A model generated the notes under the pieces. The model worked only from the letters and a program-made list of their open reading frames with translations. It did not search any database and was not told where the DNA came from. This document shows, in pieces, positions 40,001 to 47,954 of a DNA stretch of 64,000 bases. How positions within the stretch are numbered: the first letter of the stretch is position 1; every line of letters begins with the position of its first letter. The stretch is from positions 1,984,001 to 2,048,000 of the forward strand of contig OZ242358.1 of the NCBI GenBank assembly GCA_965208835.1, given 5' to 3'. The stretch is from Candidatus Latescibacterota bacterium. Its GTDB lineage: Bacteria; Latescibacterota; UBA2968; GCA-2709665. The translations under genes and the position numbers were made by a program.

Positions 40001-40388
40001 GAACACCGCGCCCATGTGGTGGGACCTGAGGGGTTACCACACCCGCTTCGGAGACGTGCGCCCCCTGCTTGCGGTGGTAGACGACCGGTATGTGATCATG
40101 AACGCCGGAGATGAGCTCGTGTTGAGTTTTCCCGATCCCGGACCGCCGCCGGACGGCTGGGTGCGGGACTTCGTGCTGATGGGCGACGGCTGGGTGAAGG
40201 ACGGAGATTACAACACGGCGTTTTCCCGGACGGTACTGCCGCTGCCGTCGCACGCCTGGTCGGCGTACGAAACGCCGCCGGGCCGGCTGGAGGACGACCC
40301 CGTCTACCGGCGCAATCCGATGGACTGGCAGGAATACCACACACGGTACGTCACGCCGGAGATTTCCCGGATGCACGCCGGCAGGTAG
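37020..40388 (+). CDS. TPR + FG-GAP/VCBS repeat + ASPIC/UnbV lipoprotein
   Basis: Lipobox LSGAC, TPR helices, DxDxDG repeats, HFGLG...VQWPNG, GSCP C-terminal domain. Confidence 0.85.
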   Translation: MDSTVRYLCIALVLACLSGACDTHVPEPGSEAYRQAVTDFYTGLAALDVGAHDRAAAALSRLTENIPGEPAGWANLALLQFSLGREEEAIRSVERAQGPAPENAELALLMGTFESRRGRTDEAVFHLRRALSLAGAGHLKAGYALARELERKGDAAGALAVVESLLVEAPTNLALLLERIRLAAKAQDADGLKLYVARVSRRTGGWPEAARAQLQALADAETDFRLAARHAAFLNNALLRTPVFRRDLSLVRLPAQAAGEPLRRFVKMRSPSADPAPADASLTFVSKTLDSSAGGTMLGIAWADTPVVLMATDDSVRWLDSSGRTVPTSKPGGVGVRGLLSADWNNDFGMDLVVAGGGGVRLYRQGDGGALLDVTGVSGLDADVTGAAYTGVWPADIEMDGDLDLVLGGPEACLVLRNNGDGTFAVVRPFEGVSGARAFEWTDLDDDGVPDAALVDSRGRLVVFLNKRSGSFVRSYEGRYEASALVSGDVDGDGSLNLLILNGRGGVSSISRGGGRWEVRELVSTKAFETPARLFLADIDNNGQLDLVASGEAEGACWLGDAEGSWRRKVLPNGVRIFEVLDLTGDGSIDLLGLSEDGRPRMVVSMGNREYHWQVVRPRVRAVRGDGRINSYALGGEVLVRSGLLAQRRPIRTPMVHFGLGENDLANVVRVQWPNGTIQAEFDVAADQTILAQQRLKGSCPWVFAFNGEEMAFIKDFLWRSPLGMRINAQVTAGVSQTEDWILIRGDELVSRDGLYEIRITSELWETQFVDWVELMVVDHPPDVAVFVDERFAMQQPDLRVIPTGTPLALNAARDEEGRDVAAMVSARDARYLDTFEVGRYQGVAADHWVEVDLPQAAKNGGGWLIGYGWIYPTDSSINVAMGHGADVRPRGLRLDALRSDGTWETVKPDLGFPAGKFKTIAIDLAGVKSSRLRLRTNLEIYWDWLAWAERADGAQLQTQRVRSRTAALRGRGFSEISHPDRRSPDVPLYSAPANTAPMWWDLRGYHTRFGDVRPLLAVVDDRYVIMNAGDELVLSFPDPGPPPDGWVRDFVLMGDGWVKDGDYNTAFSRTVLPLPSHAWSAYETPPGRLEDDPVYRRNPMDWQEYHTRYVTPEISRMHAGR

Positions 40389-40402
40389 CCATCGAGTGTT
40401 CC

Positions 40403-42163
40403 ATGTCACGTCGAACGGTCCAGGGCATCATGTTCGCTGTCTTCGCGCTGCTGCTGGCGGTTCCCGTCGTCCGCAGATACGGTCCGTGGCCCGCGCGGGA
40501 AGAAGCGGCACATTACGGATTTGCGCTCCAGGAAGTCGCGGGCGCAAGCGGCGTCGATTTCGTACACCGCGGACCCACGCTGGACGCAAAGTTGGAACAC
40601 ATAATGCCGCACGTCGCCGCTATGGGCGCGGCAGTGTCCGTGGCGGATTTCGACCGCGACGGCTGGCAGGATCTTTACGTCACCAACAGCGGCGAGGGTT
40701 CCGCGAACCGGCTGTACCGCAATCTCGGCGACGGACAGTTCGAAGACGTGGCCCGAGGGATGGGCGTGGCGGATTTGAATCAACCGGGTACCGGGGTTTC
40801 CGTCGGCGCGGTATGGGGGGACTACGACAACGACGGTTTCGAGGACCTCTTCGTGTACAAATGGGGTCGGCCGGAGTTGTTTCGCAACAATGCCGGACAG
40901 GGGTTTGCGCGAGTGACAGGTGAGGCGGGGTTGCCCGGCTGGGTCAACGCCGGCAGCGCCGTCTGGCTGGATTACGATTGCGACGGGCGTCTGGACCTGT
41001 TCATCGCCGGATACTGGCCCGATGGGCTTGATCTGTGGCATCTGGAATCCACCCGCATGATGCCGGAGAGTTTCGAATATGCCGAAAACGGCGGCCGGAA
41101 GTACCTGTTGCGCAATCGGGGCGACGGGAGTTTCGAGGACGTTGCGGATCGTCTGGGTATTCGAAGCCGCCGCTGGACTCTTGCCGTGGCCGCAGGCGAC
41201 CTGAACCGCTCCGGTTACCCGGACCTGTTCCTGTCGAACGACTATGGCGTGTCGGAGCTCTACCAGAACCATGGCGGCAAGGCCTTCGAGGAGGTCGGTC
41301 GCCGGGCGGGCGTCGGGTACCAGCCGAAGAGCGGAATGAACGCGGTATTCGGCGACGTGCTGAATCAGGGCCGGCTGGCGATTTACGAGACCAATATCTC
41401 TGAAGCGGGGATTCTGCTTCAGGGTAACAACCTCTGGGTCGCCCGGCAGAGCGATGACCTGGCGTTCGAAAACCTCGCGCAGGTGATGGGCGTGGAACTG
41501 GGCGACTGGAGTTTCGGCGCGCAATTCGGAGATCTCAATAACGACGGAAGGCTGGATCTGTATCTGACCAACGGCTACGTATCCGGCTCGGAGTCGGAGA
41601 GCTATTGGTACGATTTTTCCCAGGTTGCCGGCGGACACAGGGCGGTCATTTCAGACGCGAAGAACTGGCCAGCGATGAAGGGCCGCAGCCTCGCGGGCTA
41701 CCAGAGAGCGCGTGTATGGGTGAACGACGGAATGGGCCGGTTTGAAGACGCGGCTACGGCCGTCGGCGTGGACGACAGATATGATGGCCGCGCGGTGGCG
41801 CTCGTGGATCTCTGGAACCGTGGTGTACTGGACGTGGTGGTGGCCAACCAGCGCGGTCCGCTGTTGATATACAGAAACACCGTGAATTCCGATCGACAGT
41901 GGATCGGTTTCGAACTGGCGGGCGGGACGAGCAATCGAAGCGCGATCGGGGCGCAGGTGAGGCTGTTCTGGAACGGTCAGGAGCAGATGCAGGAAGTGTC
42001 GGGAGGCAGCGGTTTTTCGTCGCAGAACCAGCGGCGGCTGCACTTCGGGTTGGGCGTCCATCCGAAGCTGGAAAAGGCGGTTGTCACGTGGCCGTCGGGC
42101 CGGCGCAGAATTATGGAAAACCCGGTGTTAAACGTCTACCACCGCGTCGAGGAACCGCAATAA
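40403..42163 (+). CDS. CRTAC1 family (ASPIC/UnbV) protein
   Basis: DFDRDGWQDL, DYDNDG, SNRSAIGA, RLHFGLG, WPSG. Confidence 0.9.
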   Translation: MSRRTVQGIMFAVFALLLAVPVVRRYGPWPAREEAAHYGFALQEVAGASGVDFVHRGPTLDAKLEHIMPHVAAMGAAVSVADFDRDGWQDLYVTNSGEGSANRLYRNLGDGQFEDVARGMGVADLNQPGTGVSVGAVWGDYDNDGFEDLFVYKWGRPELFRNNAGQGFARVTGEAGLPGWVNAGSAVWLDYDCDGRLDLFIAGYWPDGLDLWHLESTRMMPESFEYAENGGRKYLLRNRGDGSFEDVADRLGIRSRRWTLAVAAGDLNRSGYPDLFLSNDYGVSELYQNHGGKAFEEVGRRAGVGYQPKSGMNAVFGDVLNQGRLAIYETNISEAGILLQGNNLWVARQSDDLAFENLAQVMGVELGDWSFGAQFGDLNNDGRLDLYLTNGYVSGSESESYWYDFSQVAGGHRAVISDAKNWPAMKGRSLAGYQRARVWVNDGMGRFEDAATAVGVDDRYDGRAVALVDLWNRGVLDVVVANQRGPLLIYRNTVNSDRQWIGFELAGGTSNRSAIGAQVRLFWNGQEQMQEVSGGSGFSSQNQRRLHFGLGVHPKLEKAVVTWPSGRRRIMENPVLNVYHRVEEPQ

Positions 42164-42168
42164 TTCGG

Positions 42169-44139
42169 CTACCCGTTGGCATCTCTGTCAGCGTTGCTCC
42201 CGAAACCGATAAGGACCGCCGGAATCATCGCCAGGCCGATCAGCAGCCCGCACCACACCGGGTAGAAAAATGTCGCGCCGACGTACCCTGCGAGTGCCGC
42301 GATGCCCATTGTGGTGAGGGCGTATGGGAATTGCGTTTTCACGTGGTCCAGATGATCGCAGGAAGTGGCAAGGCTGGACATGACGGTCGTGTCACTTATC
42401 GGAGAGCAATGATCACCGAAGATCGCGCCGTCGAGTACGGCGGCGGCGGCGAGAATAGTGAGCGGGAGACCGCCCAGGCTGTGCGCAAGGGGAACCGCGG
42501 TGGGGATGAGGATCGCCATGGTCGCCCACGACGTGCCGATAGCGAAGGCGACTGACGCCGCCAGGAGGAAGATGAGCAGTGGCAGCAGGCCGGGTACCGC
42601 GATCGGCGACAGCGCTGCTGCGAGATAGGTGGATGTGCCGATGTCCTTGCAGACCGCCTGAATGGCCCACGCCATGATCAGGATGGCGATGGCATAGTGA
42701 ATACCCGTGACCCCCTGCGCCCAGGTCGTTAATGCCGCCAGAGGCCGAATGGGCGCGGGTCCTCCTGAGGGACGGCGCCTGGTAACCGCGATGCCCAGCG
42801 CGATCGCGGAACCCAGTATGGCGGAGAGAAAGAGCACCCGCGCGTTGTCGGCGTTCGAGAAACAGGCGGTCCAGTACGAGAAACTGAAGAGCGAACTCGT
42901 CAGGCGTATCGGTCGGACTTCCGGATTGGTCCAGGTATCCACGGCCATGCCGGCGATGACGGCGACGACGACGATCAGAACAGGCACGGCCGCCGCCCAC
43001 CAGGCGGGCCGAACGCCGTCGGCTGGCAGAACCTCCCTGCTTCGCCGCGCCGCAAGCGGCGTGGCGCCGGGCCGCAGCACCTGTCCGGTCGTCCTGGCCC
43101 GGTACTCTGCGCGGTACATGGGTCCGTAGTCCCGCTGGAGCCAGGCAGACGCTGCGACGAACGCCAATGTAAAAAGGCAGTAGAATCGAGCGGGAAGGGC
43201 GTGGAAGAAGAGTTGATAGCCCGAAAGGCCGGTGTCGAGATCCCGCATGAGGTCGCCGAAGAGTCCGACCTCGAATCCGATCCAGGTGCTGATGACCGCG
43301 ACGCCCGCCACCGGGGCGGCGGTGGAATCGACGATGTACGCGAGTTTTTCCCGGGAGATCCGGAACCGGTCGGCCATTGGCCGAAGGGTCGTGCCCGCCA
43401 CGATCGTATTGGCGTAGTCATCGAAGAATATCGCCAGTCCCATGAAGAATGCGGCCAGACGCGTGGACCGTGCGCTTTCCGATCGGGAGGCAAGGAGCGC
43501 GGCGATCCCCAGGTTGCCTCCCGCGAGCGATGTCACCCGTACCATGCCTATCAGGGCCGCGGTAAAGCCGAGAATGTAGAGTTGAAACGACGATCTGAGC
43601 GGGGTCCAGACGTAATTCACGGCGGCCTTTTCGAAGGCGGCGAACGGGAGTTCGTAGAGTGGGACCTCGCCTACCGTGAGAACGCCTCCGCAGAGAACGG
43701 CCAGCGACAGACCCAGGAGAACGCGTCCGCTGAAAATGGCCACCAGAATGGCCGCTATCGGCGGGAAGAGGCTCCAGCCGTCGATGGACCTCAGGCGCGT
43801 CCGACGTTGGGAAGCCGTTGTCGACGCGGTCAGAACCAGTCCATCCGCGCCTTCACGGCACGTAATCACGATTTCCGGCGCGCCGGACTCGGGAGTCTCT
43901 CGGCGTCGGCGCACCTCCTCGAAACCGGAACGGCAGCGGGGGTCCCCGTCGTCCGCGAGCCGCCACGGGCCGTCGCCCATGGCCTTCGACAGAATGGGTA
44001 GCTCGGTCACGATCTGCTGATGAATAACGCGGTCCCGGTTTTTCGGCAACACCGCTACGAAAACCGCGGCCAGCGAAAGTGCTGCCAGAACGCGCACCGA
44101 GGTGACTGTTATGCTTCTTTCCTTCGTTTCCGGATTCAT
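42169..44139 (-). CDS. Na+/H+ antiporter NhaC family transporter
   Basis: FFDDYAN, SREKLAYIVDSTAAP, GTSWATM, GDHCSPISDTT..SS, DHVKTQ. Confidence 0.9.
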   Translation of the reverse strand: MNPETKERSITVTSVRVLAALSLAAVFVAVLPKNRDRVIHQQIVTELPILSKAMGDGPWRLADDGDPRCRSGFEEVRRRRETPESGAPEIVITCREGADGLVLTASTTASQRRTRLRSIDGWSLFPPIAAILVAIFSGRVLLGLSLAVLCGGVLTVGEVPLYELPFAAFEKAAVNYVWTPLRSSFQLYILGFTAALIGMVRVTSLAGGNLGIAALLASRSESARSTRLAAFFMGLAIFFDDYANTIVAGTTLRPMADRFRISREKLAYIVDSTAAPVAGVAVISTWIGFEVGLFGDLMRDLDTGLSGYQLFFHALPARFYCLFTLAFVAASAWLQRDYGPMYRAEYRARTTGQVLRPGATPLAARRSREVLPADGVRPAWWAAAVPVLIVVVAVIAGMAVDTWTNPEVRPIRLTSSLFSFSYWTACFSNADNARVLFLSAILGSAIALGIAVTRRRPSGGPAPIRPLAALTTWAQGVTGIHYAIAILIMAWAIQAVCKDIGTSTYLAAALSPIAVPGLLPLLIFLLAASVAFAIGTSWATMAILIPTAVPLAHSLGGLPLTILAAAAVLDGAIFGDHCSPISDTTVMSSLATSCDHLDHVKTQFPYALTTMGIAALAGYVGATFFYPVWCGLLIGLAMIPAVLIGFGSNADRDANG

Positions 44140-44286
44140 GGGTCGCCTGTCGCTGCGACGGACTGGATGGAAGCCTGTTGAGGTTGCGATTCCGCGCGAG
44201 GGATGCGCTCGTTGGAAAAAGACGTTTCTATTCGAACGATAGCGTCCTATCTTTATGGTGGACGAGTTGACCGGGGCAGGCCTTAG

Positions 44287-44446
44287 CAGTCCGTTGATAA
44301 AGTCGCTCTGCAGGCGAGGCCGAGCCATTGTGGCCGAAGACAAGGCGCGCAACCGAGTCCCATCCTGCGATTCGGCGAGGGCGCGCAACGCGGTATTTCG
44401 ACCGCAAGGGCCGGCCGCAGCCCGGATGGGCTTTTTCTACGGGCTT
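44287..44446. mobile_element. MITE-like element family C, copy 1
   Basis: Ends CAGTCCGTTGATAAAG...CTTTTTCTACGGGCTT, flanked by TTAG on both sides. Inverted copy at 58268-58420. Confidence 0.78.
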
Positions 44447-44591
44447 TTAGGCGAAGATCAACGACCGACACCCGGAAGCGGCGAGCGAGCGCCGAATGTC
44501 ACTCGGTCGAGGGCAGGTTGAAGGGCGTTGCCATCAACGTGGCAACCCGTCGTCTGCAATGACACCGATCAGCTTTATCTGAAGGGGTGCC

Positions 44592-45386
44592 ATGATAGAC
44601 CGGTTTAAGGAACGAGCCAACGAAATTCTGGACAAGGCGCAGACGGGCGACAGGACGAGTCGACTGATCGACCTGTTCATCATGGGATTGATTGTCCTCA
44701 ACGTCGTGGCGGTCATCCTGGAAACGGTGGAGACCGTGCTGGCGTCGTACCGCTGGGCATTTGAGGCGTTCGATGCTTTTTCCGTGGGTGTCTTTACCAT
44801 CGAATACCTGCTTCGCCTGTGGTCGTGTACCGCGGACGGTCGGTATTCCCGTCCCGTTCGGGGTCGGATACGGTTTTTCCTGACGCCACTGGCCCTCGTG
44901 GACCTGATTGCGATCCTCCCGTTCTATCTTCCTCTGGTGACAACGGTCGATCTGCGGGTCCTTCGCGCCATGAGGCTCTTGCGGTTGTTCAAGCTGGGAC
45001 GGTATTCCACTTCGTTGCAGACGCTTGGGAATGTGCTGCGGAAGCACAGGGGCGAACTGGTCGTGACACTCTTCGTCCTGCTGATCATGCTGGTCATTGC
45101 GTCGACGTTGATGTATTTTGCCGAACATCGTGCTCAGCCCGATGCCTTCTCAAGTATACCCTCGGCGATGTGGTGGGGCATCGTAACGCTCACGACGGTG
45201 GGGTACGGAGACACGTACCCGGTAACCGGCGTGGGAAAAGTACTGGGTGCGGTGATCGCGCTTCTGGGAATCGGAATGTTCGCCCTTCCGGCAGGTATCC
45301 TGGGTTCAGGGTTTGCCGGAGAGATCGACCGGCGAAAGGAAGAAGGCGGTGTCTGTCCGCACTGCGGACGTGAGATGGAGTCGTGA
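44592..45386 (+). CDS. voltage-gated-type potassium channel (ion transporter)
   Basis: TVGYGD selectivity filter, Arg-rich S4 (RVLRAMRLLRLFK), C-terminal CPHC. Confidence 0.93.
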   Translation: MIDRFKERANEILDKAQTGDRTSRLIDLFIMGLIVLNVVAVILETVETVLASYRWAFEAFDAFSVGVFTIEYLLRLWSCTADGRYSRPVRGRIRFFLTPLALVDLIAILPFYLPLVTTVDLRVLRAMRLLRLFKLGRYSTSLQTLGNVLRKHRGELVVTLFVLLIMLVIASTLMYFAEHRAQPDAFSSIPSAMWWGIVTLTTVGYGDTYPVTGVGKVLGAVIALLGIGMFALPAGILGSGFAGEIDRRKEEGGVCPHCGREMES

Positions 45387-45573
45387 GAAGCTGTTTTAAG
45401 ATTACCGGCGAATTCCCGAGCGCGAGCGAAAAAGTGGCGGTCAAGGCGGAAAAATCCGGCTATGAGAGGCGAGCAAGCGCAGCCTCGATCTCGTAAGACG
45501 GGTGGATTTGACCAACGCCGACCGGCGCTTTTGCAGCCGTGCGAAGACCGCTGGGAATTTTAAGACAGCTTCT
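45386..45573. mobile_element. MITE-like element family B, copy 1
   Basis: TIR AGAAGCTGT...ACAGCTTCT. Homologous to 58540-58704. Overlaps the K-channel stop codon. Confidence 0.78.
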
Positions 45574-45616
45574 GCACCTGTCGTAATTCGAGCGAATCAG
45601 CAAAGGAGCGTCCAGA

Positions 45617-46414
45617 ATGGAGACGACTGTTGGATGTACGACCCGGCCCTACGGCCAGCTGAGTTACAGCGAAGCCTACGGCCGGATTGCGGAAGCCGGC
45701 TACTCGGACGTGGCGGTTTTTGCGAATGAAGGCCAGGTGCCTGTGGGACCCGGGAGCTCTCCGGCCGAGGTCGCCGCGGTGCGCAACGCGGCGGATGCAG
45801 CAGGCGTGGTCCCTTCGATGCTCATCGGTGGCACCCAGCTGGGCGGGGGGCTTGAGGCAGCGGTGGACGCCTACAAGCGGCTGATTGACAATGCGGCCGC
45901 GCTGGGCACGACCTGGCTCCTGGATTGCGGGACCAGCAACGAGGCCCACTTCGACGACTATTTCGAGTTGATGCGGCAGTCCGCGCCCCATGCGTACGAG
46001 GTCGGCGTGAATATAACCATGAAGCCCCACGGTGGCATCAGTCTCACCGTATCCCACCTTCTTGCGGCCAACGGCAACGTCAACCACCCGGCCTTCGGCA
46101 TCTGTTTCGATCCAGGCAATATCATCTACTATACGAAAGGCGACCTGCGGCCCGAGACAGACGTCTCGGAAGTGGCGTCCGTGGTGACAACGGGAATTAT
46201 CAAGGACTGCACAGTCACCGACGGTGTTCCCGAGGTGATGGTAACTCCGGGCGACGGGCTTGTTGATTTCCATTCGGTGTTGTCCGGACTGGCCGGCGGC
46301 GGTTTCGGCGGGCCGCTCTACGTGGAATGCGTGGGTGGGAAGGAGCCGGATGAGGTGGACCGGGACATCGCATTTACGCGGGGGTACGTCGAGGGGATCC
46401 TTTCCGGGCTCTAA
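45617..46414 (+). CDS. sugar phosphate isomerase/epimerase (xylose isomerase-like TIM barrel)
   Basis: KPHGG, FDPGN, IKD, PGDGLVDF, YVE. Confidence 0.8.
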   Translation: METTVGCTTRPYGQLSYSEAYGRIAEAGYSDVAVFANEGQVPVGPGSSPAEVAAVRNAADAAGVVPSMLIGGTQLGGGLEAAVDAYKRLIDNAAALGTTWLLDCGTSNEAHFDDYFELMRQSAPHAYEVGVNITMKPHGGISLTVSHLLAANGNVNHPAFGICFDPGNIIYYTKGDLRPETDVSEVASVVTTGIIKDCTVTDGVPEVMVTPGDGLVDFHSVLSGLAGGGFGGPLYVECVGGKEPDEVDRDIAFTRGYVEGILSGL

Positions 46415-46428
46415 CGGCGATTCGATCG

Positions 46429-46812
46429 TCAGTCCAGAACCGCCGTGACTTCGATTTCAACGTTGGCTCCGGCCGGGAGGGCAACCACCTGCACGCAGCT
46501 TCGCCCGGGAGGGTCATTCGGGAAATATTCAGCGTAGACGGCGTTCATTTCGGCAAATTCCGATATGTCCGTCATATAGACAACCGTCCGGACCGCGTGG
46601 TCCATCGTGGCGCCCGCGGCCTCCAGGATCGCCGCGATATTTTCCAGCGTCTGACGGGTTTCCGCGGCAATACCGCCGCTGACAATTGTGCCTGTTGCGG
46701 GGTCGATTCCCTTTTCGCCCGCGACGAAGATCAACTCGCCGGTTTTTATGGCCTGCGAATAGGGACCCACTGGAAGCGCGGCTCTATCGGTGGTAATCAC
46801 CTCTTTCTGCAT
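46429..46812 (-). CDS. ridA: RidA/YjgF/UK114 family enamine deaminase
   Basis: GPYSQAI, FAEMNAVY..YF, PP.RS.V.V..LP..A.VEIE with the catalytic Arg present. Confidence 0.88.
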   Translation of the reverse strand: MQKEVITTDRAALPVGPYSQAIKTGELIFVAGEKGIDPATGTIVSGGIAAETRQTLENIAAILEAAGATMDHAVRTVVYMTDISEFAEMNAVYAEYFPNDPPGRSCVQVVALPAGANVEIEVTAVLD

Positions 46813-46831
46813 GACGCGATATCTCCATTCT

Positions 46832-47090
46832 TAACAATGATTAGTAAGTTTTCATGGACGTCAATTCGAAAGCGGGTAGACGGGAGACGTAAGACGGTAG
46901 AAGATGTCCTCGCCGGCTAATTTATACCTCCTTGCCTCCGGCACGAAGAGAAGCCTCACAAGGCAGGATATCTCTACCCTCTACCGGCTACCGTCTCACC
47001 GCTCTTGGTCTACCGTCTTCCCTTTACCCTCTACCCGCATTCAGGCTTTTTGTGGCCAATTTGACTGTAGTCTTTTTCGATTTGAGTTTA
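46832..47090. mobile_element. MITE-like element family A, copy 4, with internal 7-bp-repeat hairpin
   Basis: TAACAATGATT...TTCGATTTGAGTTTA ends. Interior carries (CGGTAGA)-like and (TCTACCS)-like arms at 46874-47036. Confidence 0.6.
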
Positions 47091-47317
47091 ATTGTGGTAC
47101 GTCTTGTGTCAATATCGAAGGGACGGTTGCGTGCCGGGGTCTGCGGCGGATGGCGTTGCCCCCTTCCGTGGTCGTCTTTGATAACGTCATCCTGCGGGAT
47201 TGTCAAGGAGAAATACCCGGATCGTCCGCACCGGCGCGTCGAACACGGGTCAGAAAACGCGTGCCGGTCCGGATTCCTGTCTGCGGCGGCTCCGAATGTG
47301 AATGAGGGAATGCGTCT

Positions 47318-47743
47318 ATGGGTAATGGATCTCGAGATGTCAGACGACTGGAACTGCCCAGTTGCGTAGAGTCGCTGCATGAGGCAGTGGATGCCGCGGC
47401 GCGGGTCACTGCCGATCTGGAGATGAGCGAAGATGCCTGCGACGAGGTGGCCATTGCGCTCACCGAAGCCGTGAACAATGCCATTTTCCATGGAAATGAG
47501 GGTGTGCGGGAGAAAGCGTTCACGGTCGAATTCACCGTGGTGGACGGGATGCTGGATATCGCGGTCCTGGATCAGGGTCCGGGCTTCGACCCGGCGGAGG
47601 TACCGGATCCGCTCGCTGAGGAAAACCTGTTGAATCCGTCCGGACGCGGCCTGCTGATGATGCGTGCCATGGTGGACGACGTCCAGCATCATTTTTGCGA
47701 GGCCGGTACGAGGGTCGTCCTACGCAAACGCATCGCATCCTGA
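47318..47743 (+). CDS. anti-sigma factor / Ser kinase (RsbW-like HATPase_c)
   Basis: EAVNNAIFHGN, DQGPGFD, GRGLLMM. Confidence 0.88.
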   Translation: MGNGSRDVRRLELPSCVESLHEAVDAAARVTADLEMSEDACDEVAIALTEAVNNAIFHGNEGVREKAFTVEFTVVDGMLDIAVLDQGPGFDPAEVPDPLAEENLLNPSGRGLLMMRAMVDDVQHHFCEAGTRVVLRKRIAS

Positions 47744-47944
47744 AGAATAGACGAGAATACGAGAAAACCAGAAGACGAATGATGTATTCCCGCTCTTTCG
47801 TAGTTTCGTCTTCTCGTAGTCTCGCTCTTTCGTAGTTTCGTCTTCTCGTAGTTTCGCTCTTTCGTATTCTCGCAGTTTCGCTCTTTCGTAGTTCCGTTCT
47901 TTCGTAGTTCCGTTCTTTCGTAGTTTCGTAGTCTCGTTCTCTCG
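47744..47944. repeat. 8-bp-phased tandem-repeat hairpin element, copy 2
   Basis: 19 consecutive 8-mers starting with CG (47791-47942), preceded by a short inverted arm. Core is the reverse-complement homolog of 19237-19293. Confidence 0.85.
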
Positions 47945-47954
47945 AGGTCTCTCC

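Noticed and set aside
37020-42163. Enediyne biosynthetic cluster suggested by UnbV domains
   Set aside because: No PKS or other enediyne core genes are present, and ASPIC/UnbV proteins are widespread outside such clusters.
47744-47944. Possible CRISPR array (also 19197-19403)
   Set aside because: Contiguous 8-bp units with no unique spacers and no cas genes.
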